A DNA stretch of 64,000 bases from Macrostomum lignano (taxonomy: Eukaryota), in the NCBI GenBank assembly GCA_002269645.1, contig NIVC01000029.1, forward strand, positions 620,001 to 684,000. Reading direction: 5' to 3'. Made by a program: the position numbers and the translations under genes. The notes beneath the pieces are model-generated. The model was not told the DNA's origin. It made no database searches and saw only the letters and a list, made by a program, of their open reading frames with translations. Below are positions 13,401-24,855 of this stretch, piece by piece. Numbering within the stretch: position 1 is the first letter of the stretch; the number at the start of each line of letters is the position of its first letter.

Positions 13401-16400
13401 GGCTGAAGATCTGGCGGAGCTGGCGTCTCTCGAAGCGACAAGGTGTCGCACAGGCTGCCGGTAGTCAGGGTGACTACCTATAGGAGAGAGAGAGAGAGAG
13501 ATGGTTTGATATGAGTTTGAAAGCAGGAGGTAGACAATGAAGGGGAGAGCGGAGGTAGATTATGAGGGGATGGTATGTAGACAATGCAGGGATGGTATGT
13601 AGACAATGCAGGGATGGTATGTAGACAATGCAGGGATGGTATGTAGACAATGCAGGGATGGTATGTAGACAATGCAGGGATGGTATGTAGACAATGAGGG
13701 GATGGTATGTAGACAATGAGGGGATGGTATGTAGACAATGAGGGGATGGTATGTAGACAATGAGGGGATGGTATGTAGACAATGCAGGGATGGTATGTAG
13801 ACAATGAGAGGGATGGTATGTAGACAATGAGAGGGATGGTATGTAGACAATGCAGGGATGGTATGTAGACAATGCAGGGATGGTATGTAGACAATGCAGG
13901 GATGGTATGTAGACAATGCAGGGATGGTATGTAGACAATGAGGGGATGGTATGTAGACAATGAGGGGATGGTATGTAGACAATGAGGGGATGGTATGTAG
14001 ACAATGAGGGGATGGTATGTAGACAATGCAGGGATGGTATGTAGACAATGCAGGGATGGTATGTAGACAATGAGAGGGAGAAGCGGGACACGCAGTAGCT
14101 AATGGAGATGGAAGATTAGCAAAAACATAAAAAATTAATGGCAAAAACAATGAAAGCAGTTTTAAGATTAATCCAGCAAAACAGAAATTCTCACTTGGCC
14201 TAGATGAGAGCCGGCGCAATGAGGCAGCAGGTCGGACACGAAGCCGTACCAGGTCACGTGATCGCCGCCGATATGGCACGCCGGGCCGAGGCCGAGTCGC
14301 AGAGCCAGCATGAGCAGCGGTTGGCCAGACAGCGGCAGACAGTCCTGCCATAGATAAGAGATTAAGAGTCTTTTAGAATTTCATTACTAATGACCAATGA
14401 CCGCCTGATAAGTCTAATGAAAGTAGCAATTAGCAATTTCAAATAAAGGTACTCGTAGATTAGCAATTTATTAGCAATTACCAATTACCAATTAGCAATT
14501 ACCTATTAGCAGTTTAATCGGCAGTCTGATGATGACCCTACTCATTAAGCTTATGACCCTACTCATCAGGCTTATGACCCTACTCATCAAGTTTATGACC
14601 CTACTTATCAAGTTTATGACCCTACATATCAAGCTTATGACCCTACTCATCAAGCTTATGACCCTACTCATCAAGCTTATGACCCTACTCATTAAGCTTA
14701 TGACCCTACTCATCAAGCTTATGACCCTACTCATCAAGCTTATGACCCTACTCATTAAGCTTATGACCCTACTCATTAAGCTTTTGACCCTACTCAACAA
14801 TCTAATGACACTAATTTAACAGTCTAATGATCCTACTTAACAAAATCTAATGAACCTACTCAACAATATCTAATGAACCTACTCAACAATACCTAATGAC
14901 CCTACTCAACAGTCTAATGACCCTACTCATCAATATCTAACGAACCTACTTAGCAATATCTAACGACCCTACTTAGCAATATCTAATGACCCTACTCAAC
15001 AATATCTAATGACCCAACTCAACAATATCTAATGACCCAACTCAACAATATCTAATGACCCTACTCAACAGTATCTAATGACCCTACTCAACAATATCTA
15101 ATGACCTTACTCAACAATATCTAATGACCCTACTTAACAATATCTAATGACCCTACTCAACAATATCTAATGACCTTACTCAACAATATCTAATGACCCT
15201 ACTCAACAGTATCTAATGACTCTGCTCAACAATATCTGATGACCTTACTCAACAATATCTAATGACCCTACTCAACAGTATCTAATGACTCTGCTCAACA
15301 ATATCTGATGACCCTACTCAACAATATCTAATGGCCCTACTCAACAGTCTAATGACCCTACTCAACAATATCTAATGGCCCTACTCAACAGTATCTAATG
15401 ACTCTACACAACAATATCTAATGACCCTACTCAACAGTCTAATGACCCTACTCATCAATATCTAACGAACCTACTTAGCAATATCTAACGACCCTACTTA
15501 GCAATATCTAATGACCCTACTCAACAATATCTAATGACCCAACTCAACAATATCTAATGACCCTGCTCAACAATATCTAATGACTCTACTCAACAATATC
15601 TAATGACCCTACTCAACAGTATCTAATGACTCTACACAACAATATCTAATGACCCTACTCAACAGTATCTAATGACTCTACACAACAATATCTAATGGCC
15701 CTACTCAACAGTATCTAATGACTCTACACAACAATATATAATGCCCCTACTCAACAGTATCTAATGACCCTACACAACAATATCTAATGACTCTGCTCAA
15801 CAATATCTAATGACTCTACTCAACAATATCTAATGGCCCTACTCAACAGTCTAATGACTCTACTCAACAATATCTAACGACCCTACTTAGCAATATCTAA
15901 TGACCCTACTTAACAATATCTAATGACCCAACTCAACAATATCTAATGACCCTACTCAACAGTATCTAATGACTCTACTCAACAATATCTAATGACCCTA
16001 CTCAACAGTATCTAATGACTCTACACAACAATATCTAATGACCCTACTCAACAGTCTAATGACTCTACTCAACAATATCTAATGGCCCTACTTAACAATA
16101 TCTAATGACTCTACTCAACAATATCTATTGGCCCTACTCAACAGTCTAATGACTGTATCTAAGCTAATAGAACATAACAAACCGTACCTGATAGACAAAA
16201 TCCCCCACACCAGGAGAAGTAGCAGACACGGATCTCCCAGCAGCCTTTTTGGTAGCGCCCTCATCCGCAGCTGAAGCATTACCAGCCATCGGGCTAGGCT
16301 TCATCAAAGCCAATAGACGCAGAGTCAGACTAGCCAAAGATTTCACATGAGCCGCTCTGGCCAGCCAGCCAACGCCGATCTCATTAAACTGTACAATCCT

Positions 16401-19400
16401 AGCCGAGAACACGTGCGATTCCACAGTCCAGTGACTATAACAGGCAGCCAAGGCTGAGCACAGGCAGTGCAATGCTAGCCTACTAAACTGTAATCGATTG
16501 TCTCTCAACTGTCTGGCAGCTTCCGGTGAGTCGCCAGATGCGGCGCATTGGGCTAAACTGCATAGTAGGTCCGCAGCTCGAGTCTGCACTAGCCTATTGC
16601 CTATTAATTCGGGAGATTCAACGCGCTCTCTGGCGTAGGGAGAATAGCAGGATCTGACGTAATCCAGGGCTAGGCTAGTTAGCAGGTGGAGGTAGGTCAC
16701 GGATTTGTACGACTTGTGCAGCTGGTGAGGCGGGTCCTGCGTGAATGGGTTGGTTTTGGAATCAGTAAGATTTCTCCGTCTCACTCTCCTGACCTCACTA
16801 TCACTCTCTATATCTCCCCCTCTCTCTCTCTCTCTCTCGATCTCCCTCTCACTCTCTCGCTATCCCTCTCACTCTCTCGCTATCCCTCTCACTCTCTATA
16901 TCTCCCTCACTCTCTATATCTCCCTCACTCTCTCGATCTCCCTCTCACTCTCTCGATCTCTCTCTCACTCTCTCGATCTCCCTCTCACTCTCTCGATCTC
17001 CCTCTTTGACTATCTTGAGCCCCCTCTAGATGAAACTCTCTCAAAAACCTTCTCAGTCTCTCGATCCCTTCTCACCTGAAAGAAGTTAGCCCCATCAACG
17101 CAGGCCCTGTGCCGAAGGAAGAGCGCAAACACCTGATAAGAGCCGGGCGATTTAGCTGGCAAAAGCTGAGTGCCAGCCAGCTTAGCTGTGAACAGCTGGG
17201 GCAGAGCTGACAGCAGGGCTAGCAGGCGGGATAGCACGTAGCTTACCTGCGAATAGTGTTAATTAGTTTGCTTATAAATTTATAACTCCTTAACCCAGAC
17301 ACTTTAGAGACACATTGGAAGGAAAAAAATATCCAGTAGTTTTTACAAGCAAAAACTAGGGGTTTGCTACTAAAGGACCCTTAAGGGGACCCAGGGCTTA
17401 GCTGTCCAATAAAGGACCATAGCTACAGGACCCATCAGTGACCAATAAAGGACCATAGCTACAGGACCCATCAGTGTCCAATAAAGGACCATAGCTACAG
17501 GACCAATCAGTGTCCAATAAAGGACCATAGCTACAGGACCCATCAGTGTCCAATAAAGGACCATAGCTAGAGGACCCATCAGTGTCCAATAAAGGACCAA
17601 GTTATTAAACGTTATTCAAGTTCATTAGAGCCACAGACCCTACCTGCAAACAATCAATCTTTCGATTGTACAGGCACATATGCGTAAACAGCGGATGCAC
17701 GCTTCGCTCAACTTGAGCCAAAGAGGCCGTGATCAATTCTTCGATAATGTCGTTGACAACAGACACGGCCTCGGGGCTGGGGCACAGAACTCCAGATGAA
17801 GCCACACGAGCAGGCGGCGTTGGAGTCGCTTCTCTATTACTATTGCTACTACTACTAACAGCAGCTGATTCAGTAGTATCTGCAACATTTTTATCTTCAA
17901 TAGAGTTAGCCTCAATGGAGTCCGTATCCGTCTCGTTGACCGAGGCTTCGTCTAGCGGGTTGATTCTCAATCGGAATGAAGCTGCAGATGCTGATGAGGC
18001 GCCGCCGCCTGGCAACCGCACTGGCGCAGCCGAGGTGGCGGTGGCCAACAGTTGAACAGCTGATCGACTCCTTCCAGCCGATGAAGCGGTGCCCGAAGAG
18101 CCGCTTGACGATGGATTTGCTAGCGAAGATGACTGTTGATTGCTGGTGCCGTCGGTGGCCCTGGCTGGCGACTGGTTGACCCGATAGATTACCTGAGATT
18201 ATGGGGGATTAAGGCGTTGATAGTCACGATTTAGAAGGATTTGGGATCCGGTTGCTGAATAATTACAAAAGGTCACATCTCACCACTACTGAATACGCAA
18301 TCTTAAAATCTCACCCATACTCATATTGCATACAGGATCTCAAAATCTCAAACTTAAAGCTAAGCAATCTTAAAATCTCACTTAATCTCATCTTTAAAGC
18401 TAAGAGATCTCAAAATCTCATTCCAAAAGCTAAGAGAGCTTTAAATCGCACTCCTAAAGCTAAGAGATCTCAAAATCTCATTCCAAAAGCTAAGAGATCC
18501 TAAAATCTCACCTTTAGAGCTAAGCAATCTCAAAATCTCACCCTTAAAGCTAAGCCATCTCAAAATCTCACCCTTAAAGCTAAGCAATCTCAAAATCTTA
18601 CTTCTAAAGCGAAAAGATATCAAAATCTCACCCTTGAAGCTAAGCCATCTCAAAATCTCACCCTTAAAGCTAATCCATCTCAAAATCTCACCCTTAAAGC
18701 TAAGCCATCTCAAAATCTCACCCTTGAAGCTAAGCGATCTCAAAATTTTCACCCTTAAAGCTAAGCCATCTCAAAATTTTCACCCCATCTTACCTTGCCA
18801 GTGCCGTCGCTTTCAATACCGACAATTCGCGCCTCTTCAACATCCCAACGCGACGTCGACGCGCCGCCAGCGCTGCCACCGCCGCCATTGGCCGATGAGC
18901 CATTTTTAGCGGACGCTTCTTCGGCAATTCTATCAACGCTGAGCCGAGCAGCTTTCGGAGACAGCAGCAGAGCTAACAATGGATTCAACAGTCGATGCAG
19001 CTGTCCCATTCTCATCGCGTGCTCAGCCCAGTCCACTACTATCTTCTCTAAGGCGTGTCCTGAGCCGACAAAATGTAGCAGAGCTAGCAGGCATCTGGGC
19101 AGCTGAGGCGCCCGATCCGGCTTCATCAAAAGCCATAGCGATGCGAATCTTTTATGAGCATCAGCTTGATCACCCTGTTCGCTGCCCAGTTTCCTTAGCA
19201 ACAAATCTTCGCAGATTTCCGGCACCGATTGGCACAGTTCGGCGAATAGACTCGCCGCGGCGCGTTGATCAGCCGGTTCGGCGCCTGGCGCCAAATCTGA
19301 CCAGAGCGCCTCTCCTAGAAGAAAATAAAGCTGGCTAGATTGAAGCCAGGCAAGGGCCACTGGCGGAAGAGTTGGAAATGAAACCGCTACGACTTTAGTA

Positions 19401-22231
19401 GAGGCTGCAGATGCCGATTGATTTGAGGGAGCGTCGGCGGTTGTAGAATCAGCTTCGAATTCGTGGCTAGCATCGGCTGCGGTGAGGCACTGAGCGGCCG
19501 CGAGCAGTTCTAGAAGGGCTCGAGTACTCGGATGACGGATGCTGGTCTCGCGGACAAAACAGCTGCTCACCTGGGCATTGATGAAGATTAGGATAGGTAA
19601 AAACAAAAATCCCACACTGCTCAAGTTGATATCCCCACATTGCCCAAGTTTATATCCCCCACTGCTTAACTAAAAACCACACAGACACAACTAAAATCTC
19701 ACACTGCTTAACTTAAATCCCACACTGCTCAAGGAAAATCCCACACTGCTTAAGGAAAATCTCACACTGCTTAAGGAAAATCCCACACTGCTTAAGGAAA
19801 ATCTCACACTGCTCAACTAAAATCCCACACCGCTTAACTAAAATCCCACACTGCTCAACTAAAATCCCACACTGCTCAACTAAAATCCCACACTGCTCAA
19901 TGAAAATCCCACGCTGCTCAACTAAAAGCCCACACCGCTTAACTAAAATCCCACGCTGCTCAACTAAAAGCCCACACCGCTTAACTAAAATCCCACGCTG
20001 CTCAACTAAAAGCCCACACCGCTTAACTAAAATCCCACGCTGCTCAACTAAAAGCCCACACCGCTTAACTAAAATCCCACGCTGCTCAACTAAAAGCCCA
20101 CACCGCTTAACTAAAATCCCACGCTGCTCAACTAAAAGCCCACACCGCTTAACTAAAATCCCACGCTGCTCAACTAAAAGCCCACACCGCTTAACTAAAA
20201 TCCCACGCTGCTCAACTAAAAGCCCACACCGCTTAACTAAAATCCCACGCTGCTCAACTAAAAGCCCACACCGCTTAACTAAAATCCTACACTGCTCAAC
20301 TAAAATCCAACATTGCTGAACTAAAATCCCACACAGACACAACTAAAATCCCACACAGACACAACTAAAATCCCACACAGACACAACTAAAATCCCACAC
20401 AGACACAACTAGAATCCCACACAGACACAACTAAAATCCCACACAGACACAACTAGAATCCCACACAGACACAACTAGAATCCCACACTGCTCAACTAAA
20501 ATCGATCAAAGACACAAACACTCACCAGCAGAGCCAACACCCATCGAGGCGCTGGCAGGTCAGCATTCTCTTCCTCATCGTCAAGATCAACCTCATCCTT
20601 GCCCTCGTCATTGGTGTCCTCAGAATCATCTTCAATTCCCAATCCATTATTGACGTCGCGCAGAGGGCACGCGGCCACCCGGCCTAGCAGAGCTAGCAGA
20701 GATTCCAACGCTGCGGCAAAAGCTACACCGCTATCCGCCAGGGTCACGTGACCTCCCTCAGTAGAATCCGACCTCAATCTGGCTGGCGCATTAGCTAGCA
20801 CAGTTCGGTCCAGTCCCAGTTTAGTGAGGCACAATCGAAGATAAGCCAGTCTGCAATTTTGAACAATCCTAGCATCCAACGGTTCAGAGGCGGCGCTGGC
20901 CAGCAGCTCCGAAGCCAGTCGAATAGCGGCTTCCAGCATGCCTGGACTGGTCTCCGGCAGGCGATTAGTTACTAACCGAAGCAGGCGCAATAGCAACGGA
21001 GTCCAATCGTTAGCTAAGCATCGATTATGAGCCATTCTAGCCAGCGAGCACAGCTCCTCGCAGCGGGACCAGTCGGAAGCCAGTAGGTCGGCAAAGAACC
21101 GACAAAGGAAAGCGCCATCAAGGCTGCTCAGTAGGTGACCGATCGAGGCTGTGGCGTCCTCCGGGTTTGGTGCATCGCGCCAAAGGCGTAGCGCGGTTAA
21201 CAGCGTGTCTGAGACGATCTGGATATTATTGTTAACAAATATATAAACACCTCTGATTGCTAACTAAAACAAATTTAGGAACTATTATAGGATAATCCTT
21301 AATAATTAGCTAATCCCTGATTAGTAAGGGCCAATCCACTTCCGATTCTTAGAATAGTCTCCCTAATCCTAAGATAATCTCCCAAATTAATACTTTAGGA
21401 TAGTCTCCCTTATCCTTTAGGATAATTTCCCTAATCTTTTAGGATAATGCCAAAAATCATTTCGGATAATCTCGCAAATCCTTTAAAATAATCTCCCCAA
21501 TCCTTCAGGAGTATCTTCCAAATCCTTTAGGATAATCTCCTAAATCAAGAGTATGGGATAATCGTGTAGGCTCAAAGCCCAGATAAGCTAGTCCTCCATG
21601 ATGTACCTGTTCAACAAATCTCACCTGTTGTCCAACAACCGGCCTCTCAATAAGAGACTGCAGCACTCGAAAGGCAGGCACAGGATCTGCAGCCTTCTGC
21701 TTGGCAAATATTCGATAGGCCGCTATGCAGACGCTTCGGCCAACAAATCGATTGTTAGAAGCGGTGCCTCCGCCAGCTGAGGAAGCGGCAGAGGCGGCGT
21801 CATCTTGAACTCCGCCACCGCCGCCGCCCCCGCCACTGGGACTGTTGCCTAGCAACCAGGCGTAGAAGCGCCGATTCAAAGAGGCGTCGCGTTTTAACAA
21901 AATGTTAAAAGCGGCAGCGCACAGTCTGGCCAAGTCGTCGCTGCCGAGGCGACTGGTGCTCAACGGGAACGCATTGAGCAGGAATTCCAGGGCCTGATGA
22001 GAATTTGGATCAGAATGTGTGGACGGGTTGGACTTCTGAAAACTGTACTTTATAGCTTAGGAATTTCAAGACTAAAGTACAGTTTCAAGGCAAGAGTAAA
22101 TAAGATTGGAGTTGGCAAATACCAATACTAATACTACTAATAATACTATACTAATACTACTGCTACCACTACTAATACTACTACTACTACAACTACTACT
22201 ACTATTAATACTTATACTACCACTACTAATG

Positions 22232-22262
<31 letters not shown>

Positions 22263-23797
22263 TATTAATACTAATACTACTACTACTATTACTACTACTA
22301 CCGTTACTAGTACTACTACTACTATCACTACTAATACAGGTACTACTGCTACTACTACAAACGAACCTGTCTCTGCACCAGTGTATTGTGATCGGCCAGC
22401 ACAGCGCACAGACTGTCCATCAGATTGCCCAACACTTGGCCCATTAAATCGTCTTGATCGTCCAAAGATTTTCGTTTATCGTAGCAGGCCAGGACAAAGT
22501 TGAGGCCGGTCAGGCGGACGCTGGGAGAATCGGACAGGACACGCCAGAGCCCGGTGAAGAACACTGGAGGACTCACAGCTTTGGAGATGGACCTGCGATT
22601 GGGCCAGATTAGTTAGGTCTGCATGCTGTGACATATTGTAGGATAACACTAACTCTTATCAATGTCTGTCTGTCTACTTAATCTAACTCAGGTCTTCACT
22701 AGCCCGTCTCAATGTTTAGCCTGTTAGCCTGTCTGAGTGTCTGCCATTAGCCTGTCCCAGTGTCTGCCATTAGCCTATCCCAGTGTCTGCCATTAGCCTG
22801 TCCCAGTGTCTGCCATTAGCCAGTCTCAATGTCTGCCATTAGCCAGTCTCAATGTCTGCCATCAGCCAGTATCAATGTCTGCCATCAGCCAGTCTTAATG
22901 TCTGCCATCAGCCAGTCTCAATGTCTGCCATTAGCCAGTTTCAATGTCTGCCATCAGCCAGTATCAATGTCTGCCATCAGCCAGTCTTAATGTCAGCCAT
23001 CAGCCAGTCTCAATGTCTGCCATTAGCCAGTCTCAATGTCTGCCATCAGCCAGTATCAATGTCTGCCATCAGCCAGTCTCAATGTCTGCCATTAGCCAGT
23101 CTCAATGTCTGCCATTAGCCTGTCTCAATGTCTGCCATTAGCCAGTCTCAATGTCTGCCATCAGCCAGTCTCAATGTCTGCCATTAGCATGTCTCGATGT
23201 CTGCCATCAGCCAGTCTCAATGTCTGCCATTAGCCTGTCTCGATGTCTGCCATCAGCCAGTCTCAATCACCTGAGCAGCTGTCCCACCCGATCCACATGA
23301 TCGGAGGTCTCCTCCATCCCTGGCAGCAGTGCCAGCAACAGGCCGGACAGGCACGGCCTCAAGGCGGGCCCCAACGGCAGCACAAATTCTTTGTACAACG
23401 AAATCAAAGGCAGCCGAATAGTCGAACCGCAATAAGCAAACAGCGGCAACAATCCGAACAGGTACAAGTGCAAGTTGCACTTTAAATCGGTACGCTGTAC
23501 GCAGGAGAATACGGCCGAATAGCATTCTAGCGTTTTCTCGTGCACACCGCTAGGCATATTCTGATGCAGGCACTGGGCCAGACGTTTGCATAGCATCAAT
23601 TTGTGCGGAATCAGTTCGTATTGCCTATTGGCTATGATAGTTTTTGTTAAGCGAACCAGCAGAGGTATAGTATCCGCCCAGTCTGATGTGTTCTCAAACT
23701 GGCGCAGGATCTTCTCCATATCCGAGCTGTAGTTTCTATAGCGACGCTCCTTCTCTAGAGCCCTGATTGAGGACTCGTCCTCGAATGGATTCAACAT
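9740..23797 (-). CDS. DOP1: Dopey/DOP1 endosome-Golgi trafficking protein, complete, 13 coding exons, about 1986 aa
   Basis: The N-terminus RYRNYSSDMEKILRQFENTSDWAD...KRLAQCLHQNMPSGVHEKTLE is the Dopey_N domain; ...LLKRDASLNRRFYAWLLG follows; the C-terminus is ...IDFLEPMASN*. All 12 introns are GT-AG with consistent phase; total CDS 5961 nt. Confidence 0.93.
10947..11204 (-). CDS. DOP1: DOP1 exon 12
   Basis: cag|..EWDQRSAMVKRLAFLIYCGESDQY...CFRVLLLRIS..LAPL|gtgaga (Dopey C-terminal motif). Confidence 0.9.
11215..11775. repeat. 30-bp minisatellite (DOP1 intron 11)
   Basis: Unit approx. gggtgagattttgagactagagatcaaatg. Confidence 0.9.
11807..12418 (-). CDS. DOP1: DOP1 exon 11
   Basis: tag|..HGPELQ...YTRRAWKKEASDMLL...WVDIIDNLM...FRDIFP|gtgagt. 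Confidence 0.88.
12421..13020. repeat. 30-bp minisatellite (DOP1 intron 10)
   Basis: Unit ttgctaatctatgcaatttgcaataatgga. Confidence 0.92.
13062..13477 (-). CDS. DOP1: DOP1 exon 10
   Basis: tag|VVTLTTGSLC...LNAKVLA|gtgagt. Confidence 0.83.
13562..14075. repeat. 22-bp minisatellite (DOP1 intron 9)
   Basis: Unit gtatgtagacaatg(ca/ag)gggatg. Confidence 0.93.
14195..14344 (-). CDS. DOP1: DOP1 exon 9
   Basis: cag|DCLPLSGQPLL...HVTWYGFVSDLLPHCAGSHLGQ|gtgaga. Confidence 0.82.
14530..16160. repeat. Compound 21-bp / 23-bp minisatellite (DOP1 intron 8)
   Basis: atgaccctactcatcaagctt, then aatgaccctactcaacaatatct. Confidence 0.92.
16188..16736 (-). CDS. DOP1: DOP1 exon 8
   Basis: cag|DPPHQ...LDYVRSCY...GDFVYQ|gtacgg. 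Confidence 0.85.
16790..17070. repeat. CT-rich 20-bp repeat (DOP1 intron 7)
   Basis: Unit ctctctcgatctccctctca. Confidence 0.85.
17076..17246 (-). CDS. DOP1: DOP1 exon 7
   Basis: cag|VSYVLSRL...LRHRACVDGANFFQ|gtgaga. Confidence 0.85.
17390..17600. repeat. 36-bp minisatellite (DOP1 intron 6)
   Basis: Unit aataaaggaccatagctacaggacccatcagtgtcc. Confidence 0.92.
17644..18192 (-). CDS. DOP1: DOP1 exon 6
   Basis: cag|VIYRVNQ...HPLFTHMCLYNRKIDCLQ|gtaggg. Confidence 0.85.
18290..18790. repeat. 30-bp minisatellite (DOP1 intron 5)
   Basis: Unit tctcaaaatctcacccttaaagctaagcca. Confidence 0.9.
18794..19570 (-). CDS. DOP1: DOP1 exon 5
   Basis: cag|VSSCF...HKRFASLW...RLLNPLLALLL...DGTGK|gtaaga. Confidence 0.87.
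19600..20500. repeat. 21-bp minisatellite with a 42-bp higher-order block (DOP1 intron 4)
   Basis: Alternating aactaaaatcccacgctgctc / aactaaaagcccacaccgctt. Confidence 0.92.
20526..21218 (-). CDS. DOP1: DOP1 exon 4
   Basis: cag|IVSDTLL...PRWVLALL|gtgagt; open frame, phase 0/0. Confidence 0.85.
21625..21993 (-). CDS. DOP1: DOP1 exon 3
   Basis: cag|ALEFLLNAFPL...RRFYAWLLG...PVVGQQ|gtgaga. Confidence 0.88.
22130..22360. repeat. Degenerate (TAC)n (DOP1 intron 2)
   Basis: Trinucleotide run abutting the donor at 22366. Confidence 0.9.
22367..22592 (-). CDS. DOP1: DOP1 exon 2
   Basis: cag|G..SISKAVSPPVFFTGLW...HNTLVQRQ|gttcgt. Confidence 0.88.
22715..23266. repeat. 23-bp minisatellite (DOP1 intron 1)
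   Basis: Unit tgtctgccattagccagtctcaa. Confidence 0.92.
23271..23797 (-). CDS. DOP1: DOP1 coding exon 1 (acceptor at 23808, so a 5' UTR exon lies upstream)
   Basis: Dopey_N motifs; donor AG|gtgatt. Confidence 0.92.
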
Positions 23798-23989
23798 ACT
23801 TGGCGGGCCTGAAATTATTAATGAAATTGAAATGAGAAATTATTGTCACTGTCATTGACGTCACTTAAAATAAATCTAAAATCTAAATAAGAACGGTTTC
23901 TGTTCAGCGACAAATAACAGAGCTAAATGTAAATATTGCAAACACGTAACAGTGAGATATAGAAACAGACGATGCAATAGATGAATATG

Positions 23990-24855
23990 GAGATGCAAGA
24001 TAGGGAGGGGGGAAGATGCAAGAAGAGGAAGATGTAAGAGAGGGAGGAGGGAGATGTAAGAGGGGGAAGGAGATGCAAGAAGGAAAGAGGGAGATGTAAG
24101 AGGGGGAAGGGAGATGTAAGAGAGGGGAAGAGGGAGTTGTAAGAGAGGGGAAGAGGGAGATGTAAGAGAGGGGAAGAGGGAGATGTAAGAGAGGGGAAGA
24201 GGAAGATGTAAGAGAGGGGAAGAGGAAGATGTAAGAGAGAGGAAGAGGAAGATGTAGGAGAGGGGAAGAGGGAGATGTGAGAGAGTAAGAGGAAGATGTA
24301 AAAGAGAGGAAGAGGGAGATGTAAGAGAGTAAGAGGAAGATGTAAGAGAGGGGAAGAGGAAGATGTAAGAGAGGGGAAGAGGGAGATGTAAAAGAGAGGA
24401 AGAGGGAGATGTAAGAGAGTAAGAGGAAGATGTAAGAGAGGGGAAGAGGAAGATGTAAGAGAGGGGAAGAGGGAGATGTAAGAGAGGGGAAGAGGAAGAT
24501 GTAAGAGAGGGGAAGAGGAAGATGTAAGAGAGGGGAAGAGGAAGATGTAAGAGAGGGGAAGAGGAAGATGTAAAAGAGGGGAAGGGAGATGTAAGAGAGG
24601 GGAAGAGGGAGATGTAAGAGAGGGGAAGAGGAAGATGTAAGAGGGGGAGGGAGATGTAAGAGAGGGGAAGGGAGATGTAAGAGAGGGGAAGAGGGAGATG
24701 TAAGAGAGGGGAAGAGGGAGATGTAAGAGAGGGGAAGAGGAAGATGTAAGAGAGGGGAAGAGGGAGATGTAAGAGGGCTAAGAGGGAGGGAGGTGTAAGA
24801 GAGGGGAAGAGGGAGATGTAAGAGGGCTAAGAGGGAAGGGAGGTGTAAGAGTGGA
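23990..24855. repeat. Purine-rich ~22-bp minisatellite (DOP1 5' UTR intron)
   Basis: Unit gagaggggaagagg(g/a)agatgtaa. Confidence 0.9.

Noticed and set aside
12331-14819. Long repetitive ORFs (GLLIYAICN, PSLHCLHTI, MTLLIKL)
   Set aside because: Stop-free frames of intronic arrays lying between DOP1 exons that already splice in phase
19713-20342. 209-aa ORF (LVEQRGILVKRCGL)n
   Set aside because: 42-bp higher-order repeat in DOP1 intron 4
22106-22447. Poly-Leu / poly-Val hydrophobic ORFs
   Set aside because: (TAC)n microsatellite
9740-23797. Intron birth by tandem duplication of exonic AGGT segments as the source of the arrays
   Set aside because: The repeat units do not resemble the flanking exon sequences
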